From an uncultured Chloroflexia bacterium (GTDB taxonomy: Bacteria > Chloroflexota > Anaerolineae > Anaerolineales > UBA4823): a stretch of DNA of 64,000 bases. A model generated the notes under the pieces. The model made no database searches, had not been told where the DNA came from, and was given only the letters and a program-made list of their open reading frames with translations. This document shows, piece by piece, positions 22,026 to 31,200 of the stretch; the stretch's first letter is position 1, and every line of letters begins with the position of its first letter. The translations under genes were made by a program, and so were the position numbers. The stretch is from contig CAWKGZ010000011.1 of the NCBI GenBank assembly GCA_963849335.1, positions 81,066 through 145,065 of the forward strand, given 5' to 3'.

Positions 22026-22382
22026 ATGCAAGGCACCCTCTTCACCCAATCTTTCCACATCCCCGGCACCCTCACCGCCAACCTCAACATCCGCTGGACA
22101 GTCCCCAAAGATTGCCAGCTCCTGCATGTCAGCGCCAGCAACAGCGCCGCCACCAGTGGCACGTTCATCCTGGGCACCAGCACGAATGATGACGCCTACC
22201 TCACCACCGCGGACATTGGAGACAGCAACGTCCCCAATGAGTTTGACAAGGATAACTTCGTTGATACGGAATACCCCCACATCGTGGATGGCACCATCTT
22301 CGTCATCACCGTGGACTATGACGGCGCTGCCGGCACCGCCGCCGCCAACCTCACCCTGGTCCTCACCTTCGCAGAAGGATAG
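22026..22382 (+). CDS. Putative capsid decoration/structural protein
   Basis: Beta-rich 118 aa, AAGGAG RBS, close to the capsid gene. Confidence 0.55.
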   Translation: MQGTLFTQSFHIPGTLTANLNIRWTVPKDCQLLHVSASNSAATSGTFILGTSTNDDAYLTTADIGDSNVPNEFDKDNFVDTEYPHIVDGTIFVITVDYDGAAGTAAANLTLVLTFAEG

Positions 22383-22486
22383 AGGTAGGGGCGAACCTAT
22401 GTGTTCGCCCACTCCTCTCCTCGGGCCATGCCTGGCGGGTGCACCTCCCACCCGCCAGGCAAACCCAAAAAAGGATGTAATCCTGA

Positions 22487-22752
22487 ATGGCTAAACAACT
22501 CATGCCTATACAAACCCTACTTGGATGCCATCAAAGCCCTCGCCATTGACGTGCCCATCATGCGCACAGAGCAGGATGAAAATGGAGCCGTCACCATCTA
22601 CCTGTACGGGGGTGCAGTCCACCACTGGCCCCCGGAAGGCGAGCTCACCATTCAGAAGATCACAGATCCTTTCCCCTATGACAAAGCCCCCCGTGACCCG
22701 CACCGCCCTGCAAAAGTCGCAGCGTGCCAAAAAGTCGCAGACAAAAGCTTAA
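22487..22752 (+). CDS. Hypothetical phage protein (frameshifted; ends uncertain)
   Basis: AAAGGA RBS before ATG; coding-like core AIDVPIMRTE..VTIYLYGG. Confidence 0.4.
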
Positions 22753-22829
22753 GCACTATCCGTGTCCATCCGCTTTTATCTGTGTCCATCTGTGTTATTC
22801 CCTGCCTCCCTCTCCCAAGGAGTTAATCC

Positions 22830-23114
22830 ATGAACCCATCCGCATCCTACTACAACAACAACGTTGACGCCCTTGTCCACACCGGCCCCTGTGAGCTGAT
22901 CGGCGTCATCCTCACGGACGCAGACGCCGGAACACTCAGCATCCACAACTGCGTCAGCGGCCCGGTCGCTGGCAACAAGGTGCTGGAAGTCAACGTAGCC
23001 ACCACCGTACCCACCCAGGTCGTCATGCTTGCCGCCCCCATCACCCTCTCAGCCGGCCTGTACGTGGACGTGGGCACCGCCATCGCCGGATCGTACTGCA
23101 TCATCTGGCGCTAA
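22830..23114 (+). CDS. Small beta-sandwich phage structural protein (paralogue of 26277-26564)
   Basis: TGPCELIGVI...GTLSIHN...LSAGLYV; AAGGAG RBS. Confidence 0.6.
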   Translation: MNPSASYYNNNVDALVHTGPCELIGVILTDADAGTLSIHNCVSGPVAGNKVLEVNVATTVPTQVVMLAAPITLSAGLYVDVGTAIAGSYCIIWR

Positions 23115-23206
23115 ACACAGGTTTAAATTAAAAACATCTGTGTTCATCCGCCCTTATCTGTGTCCATCTGTGTCAATCTCTGCCTTCCTCTCTCAAGGAG
23201 TTCCCC

Positions 23207-23611
23207 ATGAACAAAAAACTTAAAGCCGTCAAGATCAAGTTCTTCCCCTGGTACTGGGGCTACCCCACCAAGCCCCCTATCCCCGCCATGAAGATCCTCA
23301 ACCGGGATCAGCAGGTGCGGGATGGTGCCAGCATCAAGGGCAAGGTGATCGCCACCCTCAAGAAAGACTCCATTGTCACCGTGGATACCGCGGAGCATGA
23401 CCTGGCCTGGACCCGGGTGATCAGCGTCAATAACTATGACCCGGTGCCCCCGCTCTGGATCAGCGCCCAGGCGGATAAGCCAGAAGCAGATCGGGAAGGC
23501 TGGCTGGATGACACAGCGCTTGACCCCTTCGGGGAGCAGCCGCCCGCCACCCGCCCCCACCGGCAAGGTCAAGTGGATCATCACCGCCACCATTGAAAAG
23601 GTTGAGGAGTA
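23207..23611 (+). CDS. SH3b-like domain protein (3' indel)
   Basis: VRDGASIKGKVIATLKKDSIVTV..W...GW pattern; AAGGAG RBS. Confidence 0.55.
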
Positions 23612-23615
23612 ACCC

Positions 23616-24032
23616 ATGGCATCTTTCACCAAGTTCTATTGCCTCGTTGAAGACCTGGCTGAGAAGAAACACAACCTCGGCAGTGACACGCTGACCGTCG
23701 CCCTGTGCGCAGCCGCCAACGCTCCGGTGCTCACCAACACCGTCCTGGCCAACCTCACCCAGATCAGCTATACCAATCTTTCCAGCCGGGTGCTGTCAAC
23801 CGTCTCATCCAGTCAAACCACCGGCACTTACAAATTGGTGGTCAGTGACCTGACCCTCACCGCCAGCGGGGGTGCGGTCGCCGCCTTCCGCTACATTTGC
23901 ATCTACAACGAGACCGCCACCAATGATGAGTTGATCGGCTACTATGACTACGGCAGTGACCTGACCCTGGCAGATGGGGAGAGTCTCACCCTGGACTTCA
24001 ACCTCACCAACGGCCTGCTGCAGATCAGCTAG
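23616..24032 (+). CDS. Phage structural protein
   Basis: HNLGSDTLTVAL, LTASGG, FRYICIYN and LIGYYDYG..TLADGESLT resemble a common virion protein family. Confidence 0.65.
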   Translation: MASFTKFYCLVEDLAEKKHNLGSDTLTVALCAAANAPVLTNTVLANLTQISYTNLSSRVLSTVSSSQTTGTYKLVVSDLTLTASGGAVAAFRYICIYNETATNDELIGYYDYGSDLTLADGESLTLDFNLTNGLLQIS

Positions 24033-24176
24033 TCTCAGTATCCCGCGCCCAATAGCGCATTAATAGCGCATTGGATAACGCCTGGCTGCCAGTGCATCTG
24101 GCAGCCAGGCAACACAGATAAAAACCATCTGTGTTCATCCGCTCTTATCTGTGTTCATCCGTGTTAAGGTCTGCGT

Positions 24177-26241
24177 ATGTCCTCAGTCACGCGCTACCCC
24201 ACCACCAACGCCGTAGGCACCACCGGCTTCACCAACGCCGGCAATGCCTACTCGTCTAATGACTCTTATGCCACCGCAGCTCCTGGCACCCTCAACACCA
24301 TCTCTTCTTACTTTGGCGGCTTTGATTTCGCTTCCTACATCCCCTCAGGCGCAACCATCAACAGCGTCACCGTGTATTGTGAACGCAAATTCAGCACAAC
24401 GGCTTCTAACGCCAGCTCAACACTCCGCCCGTACAATCTCACCACCGCCTTAGCCGCAGAGAACGAGAACACCACAGAGCCAACCAGTGACACAGAGTAT
24501 TCGGTCAACTTCGGTGCCCTGGGTGTCACGGATGTAAGGTCGGCAGACTTCCGCATCCTGGTCGGCGCTAAGCGTGGATCAGGTTCCACCGGCTACACCT
24601 ACTCCCTGGATGTGGTCTACGTCACCGTAGACTACACCAGCGGCGCATATTCGTTGACCTGTGATTACGCCAGCCTTGCCCTCAGCGGCCAGGCCGCTTC
24701 ACTCTTCCGCAGCCTCAAGCTGTCCTGTGGAAATGCCAGTCTTACCCTCACCGGGCAGATCGCTGCGCTCCTGCGCTCCAGGATCGTCGCTTGTGCCGTG
24801 GGTTCTCTTTATCTCGTCGGTCAATCAGCCACCCTCACCTATACCCCGGTCGGTACAAATTACCCGCTCACCTGTGACCATGCAACCTTAACTCTCTCCG
24901 GTCAAGCAGCTGCGCTCAACCGGGGCAGGTATATCCTTTGCGGCGCGGTTTATCTTTCTGCCACCGGGCAGATCGCTGCGCTCCTGCGGTCCAAGATCGT
25001 CGCTTGTGCCGTGGGTTCTCTTTATCTCGTCGGTCAATCAGCCACCCTCACCTATACCCCAGGCTCAACTTATTCGCTCACCTGTGACCATGCCAGCCTG
25101 AACCTCACCGGCCAGGCATCAACGTTAATCCACACAGCGTTCCTGGTTTGTAATGTTGCATCCATCACCATTGCCCCTCAAAGTGTAACGTTCAGCGTCA
25201 ATCAACCGCTGACCTGTGACCATGCCAGCCTGGTCATCACCGGTCAATCGGCAGACTTGATCAACACACTTATCCTGGTATGTAACGTTGCATCCATCAC
25301 CGTCGCCCCTCAAAGTGCAACCCTCGCGGTCAATCATCCGCTCGCCTGCACGTATGCCGGTATTACCATCTCCGGCCAGGACATCACTTTTGAGATCGGT
25401 CATGTGCTGATCTGCACGTATGCCGGTGTCACTCTCACCGGCCAGAACATCACTCTTTTCTACCTTTCAGAAACCATTATCTTCCCCTGCCTGTACGGCA
25501 GTTATAATGTTTCTGGCCAATCCGTTCAATTCTTTGTGGAATTATGGGAGCCATCAGGTGACATGATCACATTAGGCACTCTCCTCACTCGTATCCAGTC
25601 CGCTCTCGGTGACACGTCCGGCGCCATCTGGAACCGGACAGAAGTTATCTGGCCGTTCGCTTGTGACGCTATCCGTGATTTCCCCATCCTGCGCCCCAAG
25701 ACAAACGCCTACACGCTCACAGAAGCCGGGCACAGCTTCACCCTGCCCTCTGATTTCCGCAAGCTGATCTACGTGGAGTTCCCGCCCTATCAAGACCCAC
25801 CAGAATACTTGCAGCGCAAGGCCCATCTCGGGACTGACTTCTTTGGTGAAGATGGTTTTTGTGATGTGGACCGGGACTATGACTCCGGGGGTGATTACAT
25901 CCTTTGGATCTCAAATAGCCTGATCGTGGGTGACATCGTTATTGTGCGCTACCTGGCCACCCACACCACAGAGTTCGCCAATGAGTATTCTTACATCACC
26001 ATTGAAAATCAGTACGTCCAGGTGATCATCAATCACGTGGTGCTGATGTGCTACCAGGAGCGCTTGGCGCACCCAGCTGCAGGATCCCACCGCCCACACT
26101 TCCACCATCCAGCAAATGTCTGACGCGGTCAAGACCGCAGAGATCAATTACCTTGATCATCTCAAGCGCGCCCAGGAAGATATCGCCAACTCCCAGCGTG
26201 TGTCAGGTTGGAAGGTGGATAAGCATGATCGGATCTATTAA
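24177..26241 (+). CDS. Repeat-containing fibre/spike-like protein fused in frame to a head-adaptor-like domain (from Met 25563; indel near 26070)
   Basis: ~23-aa repeats LTCDHASLxLTGQxAxL; C-terminal TLGTLLTRIQSALGD..W..DAIRDF..LPSDF; continues in a shifted frame to TAA 26241. Confidence 0.6.
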
Positions 26242-26276
26242 CTTTCAAACTTGTAAACGGTCAAACGTTTAATGCC

Positions 26277-26564
26277 ATGACAGACATTCAGCAGGTAAAA
26301 ACTTCTAGTGCCAGCATCGTTACCGGTCGGGGTGTGTTATTCGGTATCATCGCCAGCGTATCCGCTGCCAGCAGCCAGGCCACCTTGACCTGCTATGACA
26401 ATACTTCCGCCAGTGGAACTGTTTTGTTTCAAATTGAATTATTTAGTGAAGCAGATCCACTGGTGTTGTTCTTCAGTGATCAATACGCTCCACGCTTCTC
26501 CACCGGTCTTTATCTGGCGTTAGACGCCAATCTGATTGTCAATATCTGGGCCAGCGAGCGTTAA
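26277..26564 (+). CDS. Small beta-sandwich phage structural protein
   Basis: TGRGVLFGII..TLTCYDNTSASGTVL..RFSTGLYL. Confidence 0.6.
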   Translation: MTDIQQVKTSSASIVTGRGVLFGIIASVSAASSQATLTCYDNTSASGTVLFQIELFSEADPLVLFFSDQYAPRFSTGLYLALDANLIVNIWASER

Positions 26565-26637
26565 TTCATCACAAAGCATCGCTTATTTGTGAAATAGGCA
26601 AAGTCAGGGTAAAATAAATCACAATCAGGAGAGAACT

Positions 26638-26871
26638 ATGACAGAGCCATTGAAACCAATAACTGAACAACAAAAGAGAAATAGAAAGGCTTTCTTCGTT
26701 GGGGGTGTGATCATGCTCCTCTGCGGTATTTTTATCCTTATAAAGGTTTTAATAGGTAATCTCGCTGATAATTATTTTTTTGCTTACATATCCTGTATTG
26801 GCGCAGGAGCATTCTTCATTTTTATCGCCGTCGCAGGCTGGATCGGGGATAGAAAAAATAAAAATAAATAA
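26638..26871 (+). CDS. AT-rich small membrane protein (2 TM)
   Basis: AGGAGAG RBS; two hydrophobic helices. Confidence 0.6.
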   Translation: MTEPLKPITEQQKRNRKAFFVGGVIMLLCGIFILIKVLIGNLADNYFFAYISCIGAGAFFIFIAVAGWIGDRKNKNK

Positions 26872-27066
26872 AATTCCTATCCCCACTTTTTCACCCCCCA
26901 CTCCCTTTGGCTGCACAGCAATTCCCTTACTTGCCGCCCCCGCTTACCCGTTCCCAAGCGTTCTCAGCATCCCCCTAAAAACCCAAGCATTTTCCCCTTA
27001 ATAGCCAATCGGCTGCCCATGCAATGCCGGACAGACCAGCCCCAGGCTTGCGCTCCGGAGGGTTTT

Positions 27067-28059
27067 TCAATTCCACGCAAACTGGGTGAAGTCCACCGGG
27101 TTATACGGCTCGCCACGGGCCATGCGCGCCATGCGCCCATCCATGAACCATGCTACCCACGGGTCGGTCAGGTTATGCACATCAAAGCTGCGATGGATCA
27201 CCGCTGCCAACTCTATCTCGCGCAGCTTGAGGAAATGGGGGATCTCGCTCAGCCAGGCCGGGTCCAGGTGGTTTTCGCTCCGGTAGCCGCGGAAAAACGG
27301 AACACAGAACTCGGGCGTGCGGCGCTCAAAGTCGCTCATCACCGCGTAAAAGATCACCATGGCAATATCATAGATGTACCAGCCATATACGCAGTCGTCG
27401 AAGTCAAACAGGGTGATGGTCCCGTCTTCATCCACGAAGAAATTGCCGGCGTGGGCGTCCTGGTGGATCAGCCCGTACGACTCACGGTCGCGCGGCAGGC
27501 GCTGCAGGGTCGCAACCAATTCACGGTAGCAGTGCAGGATGCTCGCTTCGCTGGGCGGCAAGAATTGGATCATATCATTATTGATCGGATCATCCCACTC
27601 CGGGCGGCGCCAGGCGAGGTTCGGCGGGACGTAATCCTTGCTCAACCGGTGCATTCTGCCGATGAGCTGTCCCCAGCGCTCGAACAGCACGGCATTGCGG
27701 ATCTCACTTTTTGGCGGACCTCCACGTGCTTTGACGAAGGCTGTTGCCAGGAAGTGCTCGCCCAGCCCGTCCGGGAGCAGCTCGACCAGCTCGCCGCCCG
27801 CGGAGAGCACCGCCCGCGCCACGCCCGCCCCGCCGCGCGCCAGGTAGTTCAGCCAGTCGACTTCGCCGTGGATCAGCTCGGGGGTGCGGCGGAACGAGTG
27901 CCCGATGCGCAGGATGTACTCGCCGTCCGGGCGGTCGAACTCGTACATAAAGGATTCGAAGCCGTCCAGCAGGTGGATGTGCCCCGGGGCGATGTCATAG
28001 CGCTGGCAGGCCTCGGATAGGATGGAGTCGTTGAAGCGGTCTTTGATGCGCGGTTCCAT
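27067..28059 (-). CDS. Aminoglycoside phosphotransferase-like / type II homoserine kinase-like kinase
   Basis: YILRIGH, LIHQDAHAGNF and FDFDD motifs. Confidence 0.88.
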   Translation of the reverse strand: MEPRIKDRFNDSILSEACQRYDIAPGHIHLLDGFESFMYEFDRPDGEYILRIGHSFRRTPELIHGEVDWLNYLARGGAGVARAVLSAGGELVELLPDGLGEHFLATAFVKARGGPPKSEIRNAVLFERWGQLIGRMHRLSKDYVPPNLAWRRPEWDDPINNDMIQFLPPSEASILHCYRELVATLQRLPRDRESYGLIHQDAHAGNFFVDEDGTITLFDFDDCVYGWYIYDIAMVIFYAVMSDFERRTPEFCVPFFRGYRSENHLDPAWLSEIPHFLKLREIELAAVIHRSFDVHNLTDPWVAWFMDGRMARMARGEPYNPVDFTQFAWN

Positions 28060-28213
28060 GGGAATTCCTTTTTCGGAGATGGGATGCAGGGGGGAGTATA
28101 CCCGATTTGTCACCTTTGCTGGATCACTCCTTCGCCTCGATTAGGGATATAATATTTATGCAAGGCAACCCTGCTGCCTGCTCTGTTGGATCACTCTTCT
28201 CTCACAGGAGACT

Positions 28214-31200
28214 ATGAGCACCCTGCTCAATCCGTACATCGCTGGTGCGCCTGTCGTCGAGCCGAGCATGTTCTTCGGCAGACACGACGTGTTCCAGTGG
28301 ATCGAGCACAGCCTGGAGGGGAAATATGTCAATCACATCCTGGTGATCCACGGGCAGCGCCGGGTGGGCAAGACCTCGGTGCTCAAGCAGATCCCCAATT
28401 ACCTGCCCAAATCGTATATCCAGGTATTCTTTGACTTGCAGGGACGCACCAGCACGACGCTGGATCGATTTTTATGGTGGCTGGCGCGCGAGATCAGCCG
28501 GGTGCTCAAGCAGGAGCATGGGCTGGTAGTTCCGGTGCCCGAGCGGGAGGCGTTCACCAGCGATCCGGAAATCCTGCTGACTCAATTCCTGCCCGCATTG
28601 CAGCCCTTGCTCGGCGAGCGCAAGCTGCTGCTGACCTTCGACGAGTTCGATACCCTGGAGCAGACTGAGATCCGCGAGACGCTGGCGCGCCCGTTGGTTC
28701 AATACCTGCGCCGCATGTTCGAGCTGGAGGGCCTGAGCTTCATCTTCTCCATCGGCTCTTCGGGGCACAAGCTGGAGAACATGCAGGCCTCCTACACCGA
28801 TTTCTTCAAGACAGCGCTGTACCGCAAGATCAGTTTTTTGGACCGCGATGACTGCTTCCAACTGATCACCCACCCGGTGTCCGAAATCCTCGAATACGAG
28901 CCCAAAGCTCGCCAGCGCATTTACGAGGTCACCGCCGGTCACCCCTATTTCACCCAGCTGGTGTGCCACGAGCTGTTTTCGCTGTGCCAGAAGACGGGCA
29001 AGCGCAGCCTATCTGCCGAGGATGTGGACGGCATCCTGGATGATGTCATCGAGCGCGGCACGGTCAACCTGAAGTTCACCTGGGATGAGGCTTCCAGCCT
29101 GGAGAAATGGGTCATGGCTTGCCTGGCGCAGGCTGGTGGCAGTTCCAGCCTGGTCGAGCTGCAGGAAATGCTGCACCAGCAGCGGGTGCGCTACAGCGAC
29201 CCCGACCTGAACGCGGCGCTGCTCCACGTGCGCGATAAGGATATCCTCACAGAAGAGAACCGCTTCGTGGTCTACCTGCTGCAGCGCTGGCTGCGCAAGA
29301 ACCGCCCGCTCGATCGTGTGCGTGAAGAGCTGGTGGAGGTCAACCCGATCGCCAATCGCTATATCGAGATCGGCGAGGAGTTCCGCAGCCTGGGGCAGGC
29401 AGTCCGAGCGATCGAATCCTTCCGGCAGGCGCTGGCGGTCGATCCCCTGAACCTGAAAGCCCAGGTGGGCATTGCCCACGTGCACCTGGAGCAGCGCGAT
29501 CACCTGGCTGCCATGCAGGCCTTCGAGCAGGCGCTGAGCCTCGACGACGAGGATGTCACCGCCCGCACCGGGCTGTGTGATACCTGCCTGGCGTTGGGCG
29601 ACGCCGCCAGCCAGGCGCGGGATTGGGAAAGCGCCCGGGGCTATTACCAGCGCATCCTGGCGGTCAACCCGGAACACAGCGAAGCGCGCCAGCACCTGGT
29701 GCAGGTCTACAGCCAGCAGGCCGAGATTGCCCTCAAGCAGCAGCAGGATGAGCCTGCGCTGGGCTTCTACCTGGAAGCGCTGAAGATCACCCCCGAGGAT
29801 GACGCCCTGCAGCAGCGCTGCCAGCAGCTGCAAACGCTGCTGCGCGACAAAGCCATCGCCGCGCGGCTCGATTCCAGCCGCAGTGAGGCCTCCGCCGGCC
29901 AGTGGGAAGCGGCGATCGACCGCCTGCAGGCTGGATTGCAGGATTATCCCGGCGAGCCCCGCCTGCAGGAAGCCCTGGCAGGCATCCTGGCTGCCCAACG
30001 CGAGGCAAAATTGGCCTCGCTGCGCAAGCAGGCGGATCGCCTGGCAGCCGCCGAAAAGTGGGCGGGCGCGCTGGAAGTGTGGCAGGAGTACCTGTCGCTA
30101 GAGCCGCAAGATACCGCCCAGGTGCAGGATGAGATGCAGCGTTTGGAGGCACGGCACAGCCTGGCTGAGGCCTATGTCCAAGGACAGCAGGCGCTGGAAG
30201 CCAAAGATTTCTCGCGCGCCGCCAACCTGCTCAAGAAGGTCATCCTGGTGGATGAAAATTACAAGGACAGCGCCCGCCTGCTGGCGCAGGCTATCGAGGG
30301 GAAGAGGCAGCAAAAGCCTGCCGTGCGCCTGCCGGTCATCCGTCTGCCGGAGCTGCACCGGCGGGTATGGAAACCCGCCCTACTGGGCCTGGCGGGCGTG
30401 CTGCTGCTGGCGGGGCTGGCTTTTGTGGGGGTGAGATATGCCCCCGCTTGGGTCAGCAGCCTGCGCTCCAGTGCGACGTTCACCCCCGACGCCATGCCAA
30501 CCAAGGTGCCTACCGCTGTGCCCAACCTGAACATTTCCTACCTGCTCGAAACCCAGGAACCGGCGTTCAGCGATGATTTTACGAGCTGGAACACCGCCTG
30601 GGGCGAGCCGCTGCCGGGGGTGGTGGATGTCTGGAGCGAAGGCGGGCAGATGGTGCTCACCCCCCCGGAAGGGGAGAGCGCCATCTTAGAGTCTGCCGCC
30701 ATCAACGCCTACCACTTCGCCCTGCAGTACACGCTGATATTCGATATCCCCCAGGGGCTGCAGGAGGTGGATAAATATGCCGTGTTCATGCATACCTTCC
30801 GCGCTTACCCGGGGACCGAGGGATATACCCTGTACCTGGAGCTGAACCAGGCGGCGAACGACCAGTACAACTGGAAGGTGGTGGGTGGGGCAAACGACGT
30901 CACCGGGAAGACTTCCTTATTGAACCTGGGCGAAGCCAACCTGGTCACCGTGGCTTACCTGGAGGATGAGTGTGTTATCTGGATCAATCACCAGGTGCTG
31001 GCGCATTTCTTTGACCAGCAGCACAACGGCACGATCAACCGCCTCAGCGCCCATACCGACCAGGGATCGATCAAGATTGGGATCGACGACCTGAAATTCT
31101 GGATCCTGCAGGAAGGCAACCAGGCGGCGATGCCTACCCCGGCGCCCACCCAGCAGGCTGCCCAACCCTGGGTGGCTGATTTCGCCAATCCTATCCTGGA

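Larger units (their letters stand above)
15466..26564 (+). mobile_element. Phage-derived head-morphogenesis/DNA-packaging operon (GTA-like or cryptic prophage)
   Basis: Co-oriented terS-terL-portal-protease-capsid-holin-structural genes; no integrase, replication, tape-measure or sheath genes recognised. Confidence 0.8.

Noticed and set aside
24749-25060. Diversity-generating retroelement TR/VR pair
   Set aside because: Only 2 mismatches, one not involving adenine; both copies are in-frame repeats within one gene; no reverse transcriptase in the window.
15380-27066. attL/attR or tRNA integration site for the phage-like block
   Set aside because: No direct repeats or tRNA recognised at either border by eye.
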